A stretch of DNA of 64,000 nt from Acidisarcina sp. (GTDB lineage Bacteria > Acidobacteriota > Terriglobia > Terriglobales > Acidobacteriaceae), in NCBI GenBank assembly GCA_965199205.1, contig OZ240688.1:68276-132275 (forward strand). The letters are read 5' to 3'. A program made the translations under genes and the position numbers. Shown in pieces: positions 1 through 11,739 of this stretch. Under the pieces are notes generated by a model. It saw only the letters and a program-made list of their open reading frames with translations. It made no database searches and was not told the origin of the DNA. Position 1 is the stretch's first letter, and each line of letters opens with the position of its first letter.

Positions 1-66
1 TTGCTTCCTGCCCGGGCCCTTCAATGCCGGGAACCGCCCTGCCGATACAAGCATCGAGGTAGCGGC

Positions 67-1329
67 ATGACCACGGCTGTCCTTCATCCAACTTCAGTGG
101 CTGTCGCCCAAAGCCGCAGGACCGCCCTCTGGGCCTTGCTGCTCGGCATCGTCAGCGGACTCGCCTGTGTCGGCCTGCGGCTCACCTTCCGCCTCCTGCA
201 GTGGCTGTTCCTCCAGAGCTCCAGCCTTCTGCCCACCGCCGCAAGCCTCGTCTCTCCCGGCCGACGTCTCCTCACCCCGGTTCTTGGCGCCTGCTGCGCC
301 ACCGCCGTCCTCTGGGCAGCCACGCGCTGGTCGCGCGCCGAGCCCTCCCTCGAATACGTCGAAGCCGTCCGCTATAACGATGGCAGGATCGTTCTGCTCT
401 CCACCCTGTGGCGCACTCTCTCGTCCGCCTTCTCCGTCGCCACCGGCGCCGCCGTCGGCAGGGAAGGCTCCATGATTCAATTCGCCGCCGCCGTCACCTC
501 GTGGCTCGGCGCGCATTCGCCCCTGCGCTCCGTCCCGCTCTCGCGGCAGGTGGCGTACGGCGCCGCCGCCGCGGTCGCCGCCGCCTACCAGGCCCCCATC
601 GCCGGTGTCTTCTTCACCCTCGAAATTGTCCTCGGCGAGTGGGCATGGACCGAAATTCCCCAGCTCGTCCTCGCTTCGACCGCCGGCTGGCTCGTCAGCC
701 GTCTCGTCCTCGGCGCCGGACCGCTTTTCGCCGTCCCCACCGTCTCCCTGTCATCGGCCGCCCTCTGGACCCTCCCCTTGGCGCTCGTCCTGGGTGCCTG
801 CGGCCCCATGTATCAGAAGCTGCTGCACAGCTTTCGCTTCGCCGGCCGGTGGCCGCTGGCCCTTGTCTGGGCCGGACTCGGCGTCGGGCTCCTGGGTCTC
901 GCGCACCCCGCCGTCTGGGGCAATGGGGACGTCGCCCTGGCCAATGCCTTGCAAGGAAACCAGGCCCTCACCGCCATCCTGCTGCTGCTTGCCCTTCGCC
1001 TCGTCGCCACTGCCTTCTGCATCGGCGCCGGCACCGTCGGCGGGGTCTTCACCCCGACCCTCTTTGCCGGCGCCTCCATCGGACTTGCCTCCGCTCATCT
1101 GCTCCACTCCGCCGCGCCCATCCTGCTCGCCATCGCCGGGCTGAGCGCCCTGCTCTCCGCCGTCACTCATGCCCCCGTCATGGCAGCCTGCATGGCCGTC
1201 GAGCTCACCGGCCAATATCACCTCCTGCTCCTCCTTCTGCCCCTCAACATCGTCGCCTGGCTCGTCGCCAGGGCAATCTCCAGCCAGTCCCTTTACGCCA
1301 TTGCCACCCCTGCCCCCATGTCATCCTGA
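67..1329 (+). CDS. clcB: ClC family chloride channel/Cl-/H+ antiporter (ClcB/EriC-like)
   Basis: ClC motifs GREGSM (gating Glu), GVFFTLE, GGVFTPTLF, C-terminal SLY; highly hydrophobic. ATG at 67 preferred over the TTG at the window edge. Confidence 0.88.
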   Translation: MTTAVLHPTSVAVAQSRRTALWALLLGIVSGLACVGLRLTFRLLQWLFLQSSSLLPTAASLVSPGRRLLTPVLGACCATAVLWAATRWSRAEPSLEYVEAVRYNDGRIVLLSTLWRTLSSAFSVATGAAVGREGSMIQFAAAVTSWLGAHSPLRSVPLSRQVAYGAAAAVAAAYQAPIAGVFFTLEIVLGEWAWTEIPQLVLASTAGWLVSRLVLGAGPLFAVPTVSLSSAALWTLPLALVLGACGPMYQKLLHSFRFAGRWPLALVWAGLGVGLLGLAHPAVWGNGDVALANALQGNQALTAILLLLALRLVATAFCIGAGTVGGVFTPTLFAGASIGLASAHLLHSAAPILLAIAGLSALLSAVTHAPVMAACMAVELTGQYHLLLLLLPLNIVAWLVARAISSQSLYAIATPAPMSS

Positions 1330-1395
1330 AGGAATCTCGCCCTTCCATGTCATTCGCCCGTGTCATGCTAATCCCCGTGTCATGCTAATCAGGAA
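1319..1395. repeat. Cluster of degenerate TGTCAT-starting REP-like units, including a perfect 17-bp tandem repeat
   Basis: TGTCATCCTGAAGGAATCT at 1319-1337; CCCGTGTCATGCTAATC at 1357-1373 and 1374-1390; TGTCAT also at 1348. Confidence 0.6.
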
Positions 1396-1476
1396 GGGGA
1401 ACACCATGCGCGCCGCAGTCCAGACCCCAATCCGCAGAATTCTCCCCCTCATCCCGGCGCTCCCGGCAGTCCGCCG

Positions 1477-2424
1477 ATGATCGAGAACTTCCGCATCCGC
1501 GTCTTTCGCGCCGTCGCCCATCACCTCAACTTCAGCCGCGCCGCCGAAGAACTCCTGCTCACCCAGCCCGCCGTCACCCAGCAGATCAAGGCCCTCGAAG
1601 ACGAACTCGGCGCCTCGCTCTTCGATCGCGGTGGCGGTCGCATTGTCCTCACCCCCGGCGGCGCGGCCTTGCTGCCCTTCGCCAATAAAATGAAGACCCT
1701 CGCCGACGAAGCCATCGCCGCCGTCGCGGGCGCTTATGGCGAACATGCCGGCGAGCTCGCCATCGGCGCATCCCAGACCATCGGCCAATATCTGTTGCCG
1801 ACCTTCGTCGCCGCCTTTCTCCATCACCATCCCCGCGTCCGCGTCACCGCCAGAAGCGGCAACACCGACCAAATGCTGCAGGCTCTCGTCGCCGGCGACA
1901 TTCAGCTCGCTCTCATCGAGGGCCCCGAGCAGCGCCGCGACCTTCACATCGAGCCCTTCATGGAAGATCACCTCGTCCTCGTCGTCCCGGCCGCCCACGG
2001 CTGGGCCGGCCAGGAAATTGCCCCCGGCGATCTCAAATCGCAGCCTCTTCTCCTGCGCGAATATGGCTCCGGCACCCGCCGCATCGTCGAACATGCCCTT
2101 GCCAGGGCCGGCCTCAAGATCAAAGGCCTGACGCTCAGCATGGAGCTCGACTCCAACGAAGGCCTCCTGAACGCCGTCGAAGCCGGTCTCGGCGTCACCT
2201 TCGTCTCCCGTTGGGCGGTGCGCAACCAGCTCGCTCTCGGCACGCTCAAGTTGTCTCGGGTCGCCGGCCTCAAACTTTCCCGCAGCTTTTCGATGGCCTA
2301 TCCCTCCGGCCCCGCGCCCGCCGGCAGCGTCGGCCTCTTCCGCGGCTTTCTCCTCGCCCAGGCCATGAACATCGCTCCCAAACGAACCAGGACAGCAAGC
2401 GCGCCGCCGCCAACAGGGAAGTGA
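1477..2424 (+). CDS. LysR family transcriptional regulator (CysL/YeiE-like)
   Basis: N-terminal HTH FRAVAHHLNFSRAAEELLLTQPAVTQQIKALEDELG; LysR substrate domain with LLREYGSGTR. Confidence 0.93.
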   Translation: MIENFRIRVFRAVAHHLNFSRAAEELLLTQPAVTQQIKALEDELGASLFDRGGGRIVLTPGGAALLPFANKMKTLADEAIAAVAGAYGEHAGELAIGASQTIGQYLLPTFVAAFLHHHPRVRVTARSGNTDQMLQALVAGDIQLALIEGPEQRRDLHIEPFMEDHLVLVVPAAHGWAGQEIAPGDLKSQPLLLREYGSGTRRIVEHALARAGLKIKGLTLSMELDSNEGLLNAVEAGLGVTFVSRWAVRNQLALGTLKLSRVAGLKLSRSFSMAYPSGPAPAGSVGLFRGFLLAQAMNIAPKRTRTASAPPPTGK

Positions 2425-2530
2425 GACCCGCACCCCTCCGCAATCCCGCCGTTCTCATCCGATACGATGGGACAACCCAGCAGGATGGGACAACCCGGTA
2501 GACGGAACAGCCTCCGCAAACAGAGCGAAC

Positions 2531-3892
2531 ATGCCCCACGCAATCGGTCTTCATCGAGAGAAAACCCAGACCGCCCCGGCCGCCCAGACCGCCTCGGCCA
2601 GCGCCCAGCCCAACGTGCTCGCCTCCGCGCGCGACACCGTGCTGATGACCCCCAAGATGTGGATCATGGCGCTTCTCACCGGCATCGGCGCAGGCCTCAC
2701 CAGCGGACTCTTGATGCGCCTCCTTCGCCTCGTGCAGCATGCCAGCTTCGCTTACACGTCCGGCGATTTCCTTGCCGGAGTGCGCCACACCTCGGCCGCT
2801 CACAGGGCCCTGGTCCTCACCTTGGGCGGCATCTTCGCCGGCGTCTCTCTCTATCTCTTAAGGCGCTTCACCCGCGGCCCCGTCCCTGAAGTCACCGGCG
2901 CCATCTGGCAAAAGCAAGGCCGCTTTCCCGCCGCCCCCGCCCTCGTCAAGTCGCTCATCTCGATCGTCATCGTCGGCATGGGCGCAGCCATCGGCCGCGA
3001 AGCCGCCTTGAAAGACGTCGCCGCCGCCGTCGCCGGCAAGCTCTCCGATTGGACCGATCTCACCGCCGCCCAACGGCATCTCCTCGTCGCCTGCGGCGCA
3101 GGGGCAGGCATGGCCGCCGCCTACAACGTGCCCCTTGGCGGCGCGCTCTTCGCCGTCGAGGTCCTGCTCGGCACCATGTCCTTGACCAATGTCCTGGCCG
3201 CCGTCATCACCTCGTTCGCCGCCGTCTCCATCTCCTGGCTGCTCCTGCCCAACGTGCCCACCTTCAACGTCGCGCCGCTCTCCCTCTCGCCGTCGCTCCT
3301 GTTGTGGGCCTTGATCACCGGCCCGGTTCTCGGCGCGGCCTCGGCTGCATATGTGCGCTCGATCGGCTGGGCCGAGAGCGGCAAGCCCCGCGCGATCATG
3401 GTCCTCGTCGCGCCCATCCTGGTCTTCCTCGGCCTGGGGCTCGTCGCCATCCGCTTTCCCGAGATCCTCGGCAACGGCAAAAACGTCGTGCAGGAAGCCT
3501 TTAGTAGCCAGCTCGGCACAGGCCTGCTCTGCTGGCTCCTCATCCTCCGCCCGCTCGCCACCGCCATGTGCCTCAAATCGGGCGCTCCGGGAGGCCTCTT
3601 CACTCCCACCATGACCTTCGGCGCCCTGCTCGGCGGCCTTCTCGGCCAAGGTTGGAGCCGCCTCGCGCCCACCACCACCGCCGCCGGTCCGCACCATGAC
3701 AGCTACGCCATCGTCGGTGCGGGAGCCATGCTCGCCTCAGCCTCCCAGGGTCCGCTCTCCTCGATAGTCTTCATGCTTGAACTCACCAACCACACCGACG
3801 CCCTCATCGTCCCCCTGCTCATCGCCGTAGCCGGAGCCACCCTAACCGCCCGCAAACTCGAAGTCCACTCCATCTACTCCATCCGCGGATAA
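2531..3892 (+). CDS. Second ClC family chloride channel protein
   Basis: Motifs GREAALK, YNVPLGGALFAVE, GGLFTPTMTFG, C-terminal SIYS; multiple TM segments. Confidence 0.88.
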   Translation: MPHAIGLHREKTQTAPAAQTASASAQPNVLASARDTVLMTPKMWIMALLTGIGAGLTSGLLMRLLRLVQHASFAYTSGDFLAGVRHTSAAHRALVLTLGGIFAGVSLYLLRRFTRGPVPEVTGAIWQKQGRFPAAPALVKSLISIVIVGMGAAIGREAALKDVAAAVAGKLSDWTDLTAAQRHLLVACGAGAGMAAAYNVPLGGALFAVEVLLGTMSLTNVLAAVITSFAAVSISWLLLPNVPTFNVAPLSLSPSLLLWALITGPVLGAASAAYVRSIGWAESGKPRAIMVLVAPILVFLGLGLVAIRFPEILGNGKNVVQEAFSSQLGTGLLCWLLILRPLATAMCLKSGAPGGLFTPTMTFGALLGGLLGQGWSRLAPTTTAAGPHHDSYAIVGAGAMLASASQGPLSSIVFMLELTNHTDALIVPLLIAVAGATLTARKLEVHSIYSIRG

Positions 3893-4687
3893 CCCCAAAC
3901 ACCCACCCGCCGCCGCTTCCGAGCGAAAAGACCTCAACGACCAGAGGCCGCTTTTAACAGACGGCGCGGACCCTGAACTGAAATGCCCTTGGCATTCGAC
4001 CCACCTACGCATTAAGAGACAATATCGACGCAGGAAGAAGCAAGCCCTCATCCTTGCCGGCAGTCTTGCGCTTACGCGCTGGCTTCTTCGGAACTTTCAC
4101 GGTATCTTTGGGAGCGTGAAAAGGTAAAGTGACGCCATTCTGAAGATTCTTACAGACTGTTGAGCCTCGGTAGTATCCGCATTGTCATACAACAATCCAA
4201 GGCCCTAAAAGGTTGCAACCGTCAATAAGAGCTATACCGAATATGGCTTCATAGGCCTTACACCATCGCCTGTGTCGCCTGCCAATCCACAGCGGAGATA
4301 CCCCACGTCTGGCATATCACTGGAATACGTTATGCAATCGAAGAATCGGGGCGTAACGGTCTTCACGGAAGCATCTTTCTCAATCAAGACGTCCCGCGAG
4401 AGAAAGTTAAATTCACTGATAAGTCAGTGGTGGCAAACTAGGTGAGCAAGCAGCAATGCCAACACAAGCCCTTCTTCGGCAAGCCAACCATATACCCAAG
4501 GCTCCCTTTGCGTCACCCGACTGGCAGCCTTGAAAGCCCAGCACGACCTGCAGAGCCCACCTTCTACCCACCCACAAGCCACAAGCATAAAATGGTCTCG
4601 CTAGCGACTACCAGGCGCACCACCGATCAAAAGCCCACTCCCCGCGCTTCGACCAACATCCCCCCACGAGAGGAGATCCCCTTCACC

Positions 4688-4960
4688 ATGTGCAGAAACA
4701 TCAAAAACCTATTCAACTTCGAGCCGCCCGTTACCGGCGACGAAATTCAAGACGCCGCCCTGCAGTTTGTGAGGAAGATCAGCGGCTTCAGCAAGCCCTC
4801 AAAGGTCAACGAAGCTGCCTTTCACCTGGCCGTAGACGAGATCACCTCGGCCTCGGCGCGTCTGCTCGAGTCTCTCCAGACCAATGCGCTACCAAAAGAC
4901 CGGGAAGAGCACGACGCCAAGAAAAAAGCGCGGGATCTCGAGCGCTTTGCACCTCGCTAA
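4688..4960 (+). CDS. DUF2277 family small protein
   Basis: MCRNIKNLFNFEPPVTGDEIQDAALQFVRKISGF matches the DUF2277 pattern as I recall it; ATG at 4688. Confidence 0.85.
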   Translation: MCRNIKNLFNFEPPVTGDEIQDAALQFVRKISGFSKPSKVNEAAFHLAVDEITSASARLLESLQTNALPKDREEHDAKKKARDLERFAPR

Positions 4961-5402
4961 ACCCAAAGCGCTAAACCCAAAGCCAAGTCCGGCCGCCGTG
5001 AGTCCTGCCAGCGCCCGTCAGCAGCAAAATTCGCCTCAATTTTAACACGCGCCTCAATTTAAGGACAGGCCGAAGAAAACCTCTTCCCCCCGCAGTCCCC
5101 GGCTCCTCTATCTCCTTCGGCCTCCTTCTCCTGCAAGTCGGCAGGGGATCGCGCCATGATTTGCACCCCGGGAAAGCCATTTCCCCCTGTCGTGCATCCC
5201 AACGCTGCAATACGGCAAACGCGTCACCGGCTATGAAGCGTCACTGGCAATACGTTGCGCAGCCGCTGGAAGGGAAGACCCCCAACCCGGTAGCCCTTTT
5301 TCTTCCGAAAACACCTGCTGGACCGGTCATCGGTACATCACGCTATCGCTACTTCTGCTCTAGAATCAATCTGTGCATGGCATTCATCAAAGGAGAAAAC
5401 AA

Positions 5403-5678
5403 TTGAACACTATCAAGTTTTGGGCGGTCTTTGCGATTGGTGTCTCAGCCGGAGCAGCCGTAGCCCTGATCTACGCCCCGCAGGCGGGCTATAAGACGCG
5501 CAAGCAGATCAAGCGCAGCCTCAACGAGGCCTCCGACTACCTCAAAGACGCTGGCGAAACCCTCGGCGATCACGCCGAGAAGGTCGTCAAGCGTGGCAAA
5601 GATGTCTGGGAAGATGTTGCCGACTCCGCCGGTAAAGCCGCCAACAAGGCCGTCAAAACCGTCTCCGACCTCGTTTAG
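5403..5678 (+). CDS. YtxH domain-containing protein
   Basis: GAAVALIYAPQAGYKTRKQI motif after a hydrophobic N-terminus; TTG start preceded by SD AAGGAG. Confidence 0.85.
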   Translation: MNTIKFWAVFAIGVSAGAAVALIYAPQAGYKTRKQIKRSLNEASDYLKDAGETLGDHAEKVVKRGKDVWEDVADSAGKAANKAVKTVSDLV

Positions 5679-5765
5679 CTCCTCAAGCTGACGAAGAGCC
5701 GCCGTCCCCGGCAACCCGCTCGGCATCGCCAAGGCCGCCCGGAATAAACTCGGCGCCCACGAGAA

Positions 5766-5792
5766 AGGGCCCTGCTCAGACAGCAGGGCCCT
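5766..5792. terminator. Hairpin between convergent ytxH-like and clpC genes
   Basis: AGGGCCCTGCT-cagac-AGCAGGGCCCT, perfect 11-bp stem. Confidence 0.65.
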
Positions 5793-5814
5793 TCTCTCGT
5801 GCTTGCAAGGGCGA

Positions 5815-8283
<2,469 letters not shown>

Positions 8284-8528
8284 GTTCCCCCTTCACCACA
8301 AACCGCCCGAATGTCACCACCTTTGCCACGGCGGCGCACCACACGACATTCACGGCCTCTCTAACTGTCCCGTCCCCTCAGGCCGAATCCCGGCCAAAAA
8401 ATGAGGCGACATTCTCGAAGCCCGATCGCCCGCACCAGCCGCCCGGACTCATGAATCGCAGTTGAAAATTCTGCTTACCCATTAGACTGCGCCCAGCAAA
8501 AAAGGAACCAAACCCGCCAAGCCGCGGC

Positions 8529-9350
8529 TCAACCCTCGACGCCGCCCGCCGGCTCTTCGATCACGCGGCCCTTCGCCAGGCGCAGCACCCGCGAACATCG
8601 CCTGGCCAGCCCGGGATTATGGGTCACGATCAACGACGTCAGGCTGTGGCTGCGATGCAATCGCTCCAGCAGCGAAAAGACCACGTCAGCCGTTCGGCCA
8701 TCGAGGTCCCCAGTAGGCTCATCGGCCAGTAAAACCTTCGGTTCAGTGATCAGCGCCCGAGCCAGCGACACGCGCTGCTGCTCGCCTCCCGATAATTCTC
8801 CCGAACGGTGGTCCGCCCGGTCCCCCAGCTCGACCTCGCTCAGCCAGTGCCGTGCCTTTTCGAGCGCAGACCTGCGCCCTTCGCCCCTGGCCAGCAGCGG
8901 CATCGCAACATTTTCCTGAGCGGTAAATTCCGGCAGCAGGTAGTGAAATTGCCACACATAGCCCACTTCGCGGTTGCGAAAGTCAGCCGACTGCCGTGGA
9001 GAGGAGAATCGCAATAGCGTTGAGGCGAAGTATACGTCACCGGAAGTCGCCGTATCAAGCGCTCCCAGGATGTGCAAAAGTGTGCTTTTTCCCGCCCCCG
9101 ACTCGCCCACGATCGCCAGCAGGTCTCCCTCCGCCACCCGGAACGAGATCTCCTCGAACAGCACCAGAGGCCCGCGCCCGGTGACATACTCCTTGCGCAG
9201 CCCCTCTACCCGGATCACTTCCCGCCGCGCCGCATGTACGCCGCCAGCCTCCCGGTCGTGCAGCCCAAATCCGTCCCCCAACCCAGGCCCGCTGATCGCT
9301 CCAAAAGGAGGCTTCGCCGCACCCGCCGCATCCCTCGAGGAGATTTCCAT
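8529..9350 (-). CDS. lolD: Lipoprotein-release ABC transporter ATP-binding protein, LolD-like
   Basis: GESGAGKSTLL, LSGGEQQRV, LLADEPTGDLD, GFVFQFH-like GYVWQFHYLL; ATG 9350 has SD GAGGT (alternative start 9365). Confidence 0.85.
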   Translation of the reverse strand: MEISSRDAAGAAKPPFGAISGPGLGDGFGLHDREAGGVHAARREVIRVEGLRKEYVTGRGPLVLFEEISFRVAEGDLLAIVGESGAGKSTLLHILGALDTATSGDVYFASTLLRFSSPRQSADFRNREVGYVWQFHYLLPEFTAQENVAMPLLARGEGRRSALEKARHWLSEVELGDRADHRSGELSGGEQQRVSLARALITEPKVLLADEPTGDLDGRTADVVFSLLERLHRSHSLTSLIVTHNPGLARRCSRVLRLAKGRVIEEPAGGVEG

Positions 9351-9500
9351 ATCTACCTCTACCATTCTAAAACCCGAAAGGAAAGCAACTTCGCGGCGAA
9401 CGTCACACCATTGTTACGGCGCTGGAATCCAGAGTGAACCCCTTTCCCAATCTAGAACACACCCCACAACACCCCCAAATCACATCAAAACCAAAAAACA

Positions 9501-9541
9501 TTATCCTGTGCGAAGCGCGACGCGCGCGGTCGAAGGATCTG
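9501..9541 (+). repeat. REP-like palindromic repeat copy
   Basis: TTATCCTGTGCGAAGCGCGACGCGCGCGGTCGAAGGATCTG with ATCCT...AGGAT arms; partial copy TCATCCTGAGC at ~9599-9609. Confidence 0.65.
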
Positions 9542-9641
9542 ATTTCCTGACAGAGTCATCAACTCCCCCACCCAGTAAATCCCAAAAAAACCAAAAACTC
9601 ATCCTGAGCCACCAACGGGAAACCCGCACCTCCCAACCACC

Positions 9642-9671
9642 GGGGACCCGCTCCAGCCGCAGCGGGTCCCC
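9642..9671 (-). terminator. Hairpin downstream of the Gly-rich protein gene
   Basis: GGGGACCCGCT-8nt-AGCGGGTCCCC, perfect 11-bp stem 13 nt after the stop codon; no clear U-tract. Confidence 0.5.
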
Positions 9672-9684
9672 AAGCCATCAACCT

Positions 9685-10122
9685 TTACCGCCGCCCACCA
9701 CCCCCATGAAAGCCGCCGCCCACTCCCGCTGCATGTTCCCCACCGCCGTCATGGTTGGCCATACCCACATGGCCCTGGCCATCCCGCGCTTCATTCGCGT
9801 GGAAATGGTTAAAAGGCTGTGTGCCGCGCTCCGGCATCGGCCCGTTATATCCATGGTGCGGGTCATAGCGGTTATCCACGTGGCCATAAAAACCGGGATG
9901 CCCATGAAACCACGGACCGGCGCCAATGAAGATCCCTCCGGTAAACCAGTCCGGCCCGTAATACCCATAAGGAGCGCAGTTATACGGCGCATAGTCGAAA
10001 TAGCCATAAGGACAGACCGGGGCCGCCCCGATACTAATCCCGATCTGGGCTGGGGCGAGGGGAGCAGCACTTGCTACCGCGACCGTGAACGCGCAGGCAG
10101 CGACAGACTTCCAAGGAGACAT
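9685..10122 (-). CDS. Secreted Gly/Tyr/Pro/His-rich hypothetical protein
   Basis: SD GGAGGA before ATG 10122; signal peptide (MSPWKSVAACAFTVAVASAAPLAPA); core PVCPYGYFDYAPYNCAPYGYYGPDWF; Gly/His-rich tail. Confidence 0.75.
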   Translation of the reverse strand: MSPWKSVAACAFTVAVASAAPLAPAQIGISIGAAPVCPYGYFDYAPYNCAPYGYYGPDWFTGGIFIGAGPWFHGHPGFYGHVDNRYDPHHGYNGPMPERGTQPFNHFHANEARDGQGHVGMANHDGGGEHAAGVGGGFHGGGGRR

Positions 10123-10307
10123 ACATCCTCCTGATGCGATACTAAGTTGGAAGGTAAAAGGCCATCGCGAGTTGTTCCGCGCTGCTCCGCTGCACCGGAC
10201 AGCGACACGTGGCTTCGAAGGCCAATCACCCGGCTTCAAAGGCCAGTGCCGCGCTTCTTCTTCAACCCCGGAGCACTCCTCCAAACAAATGCCGCTCTAA
10301 AAGCAAA

Positions 10308-10341
10308 TGTCATCCTGAGCAAAGCGAAGGATCTGCGGTTC
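10308..10341 (+). repeat. REP-like palindromic repeat copy
   Basis: TGTCATCCTGAGCAAAGCGAAGGATCTGCGGTTC. Confidence 0.7.
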
Positions 10342-10473
10342 ACCTGAAGCCGCGCCGCTGGCGCAACATTTTCCCCTTTGACCCAACTCCGGCCTCGTTC
10401 CCCAAAGCAAACCAAATGCCACCCCAGCCCTCGCTGCGTGACGCCGTAGGGAAGGGCAGCAGCAGAAGCAGAG

Positions 10474-11733
10474 TCACTCGTACCGCAATGCCTCGGCCGG
10501 CAAAACCCGCGCCGCAGATGACGAAGGATAGAGCGTCGCCAGCAGCGAGACGCCCAGCGACACCACCGCCACGATCACTCCATCGATCACCCGCGGAGCA
10601 AACGGCAGGTAATCCAGCGAATACACCTGGGCATCCAGCTGGATGAAGCGGTAATGGTGCCCCATCCACGCCAGCAGGTAGCCCAGCGCCAGTCCTAGGC
10701 AGGTTCCCAGCACGCTGATCAGCAATCCTTGGAACAGAAAGATCCGCCGGATCTGCTCCGGCCGCACCCCGAACGACATCAGCACCGCAATGTCCCGGGT
10801 CTTCTCCATGACCATCATGGTGAGCGCGATCAGGATGTTCAAAGCCGCCACGCAGACGATCAGCCCGATCACGATGAAGGTCACCACCTGTTCGAGTGCC
10901 AGCGCCCGGAAGATCTCCCGGTTCGACTCCATCCAGTTGGTCGTCAGGAAGCCCGGCCCTGCGGCCTTCTCGATCTCGCGCCCGATCTGGTCGGCATGGA
11001 AGAGATCGTCCACCTTGAACGAGATCACCGAGATGATATCGGGTTCGCCAAACAGCCGCTGCGCGTCGGCCAGGCGGATAAACGCCATCTCGTGGTCATA
11101 CTGGTAAAACCCGGAGTGGAAGACGCCCGCAACCTGGAAGCGCTGGTACTTCGGCACCAGGCCATAAGGAGTCAGTTCGCCCTGCGGACTGATCACCATC
11201 ACCGACGCGCCCACCTTGGCATCGAGCGTATCGGCCAGGTCATAGCCGATCAGGATCGGCGGCAGGGCGCTGTTCGCCGCCGCCGCCGTCTGGCCGTTAT
11301 CGCCCGCCTCCGGCTCGAGCGGCGCCGCGCTGCCCAGCGTCGCCGTGACCAGGTCGCTCACCGTCCGCTCCTGGCCGGGGAGGATGCCCTTGATCAACGC
11401 CCCGCCCGAGCGCGCGCCTCGCGAGATCAGCACCGGCTCGTAGAGTCCGGGCGCCGCCGCGGTCACATGCGGCAGCCGCAGCAGCCGAGCCGTCAGTGCT
11501 CGCCAGTCGCGGATGCCGTCGTCCTGCACCCGCATCAGCTCGACATGCGCGGTCGAGCTCAGCAGGCGCTCCTGCAGGTCGCGCCGCATGCCGTTGGTGA
11601 TCGCCAGCGCCAGGATCAGCGAAGCCACGCCCACCGCCACCCCGGCCACCGAGATGCCGGTGATGACGCCGATCACCGCCTGCCGCCGCTTGGCTCGAAG
11701 ATAACGCGCAGCAATGAAGAGTTCGAAACGCAT
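10474..11733 (-). CDS. lolE: LolC/LolE family (FtsX-like) lipoprotein-release permease
   Basis: MRFELFIAARYLRAKRRQ N-terminus, GVAVGVASLILALAITNGM, MMVMEKTRDIAVLMSFG, LYPSSSAARVLPAEALRYE. Confidence 0.85.
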   Translation of the reverse strand: MRFELFIAARYLRAKRRQAVIGVITGISVAGVAVGVASLILALAITNGMRRDLQERLLSSTAHVELMRVQDDGIRDWRALTARLLRLPHVTAAAPGLYEPVLISRGARSGGALIKGILPGQERTVSDLVTATLGSAAPLEPEAGDNGQTAAAANSALPPILIGYDLADTLDAKVGASVMVISPQGELTPYGLVPKYQRFQVAGVFHSGFYQYDHEMAFIRLADAQRLFGEPDIISVISFKVDDLFHADQIGREIEKAAGPGFLTTNWMESNREIFRALALEQVVTFIVIGLIVCVAALNILIALTMMVMEKTRDIAVLMSFGVRPEQIRRIFLFQGLLISVLGTCLGLALGYLLAWMGHHYRFIQLDAQVYSLDYLPFAPRVIDGVIVAVVSLGVSLLATLYPSSSAARVLPAEALRYE

Positions 11734-11739
11734 CCGCGA

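Noticed and set aside
4230-4275. Minus-strand GGCGATGGTG near ClC genes as a possible fluoride riboswitch
   Set aside because: Lacks the following GTTCGCC/CTGATG...CCTAC elements and pseudoknot; wrong position and orientation relative to the ClC genes.
8284-8528. CIRCE or CtsR operator upstream of clpC
   Set aside because: No TTAGCACTC-N9-GAGTGCTAA or heptad repeat found.
8974-10134. 386-aa plus-strand ORF spanning the lolD/insert region
   Set aside because: Low-complexity Ser/Pro/Arg sequence, antisense to two better-supported genes and running through REP repeats.
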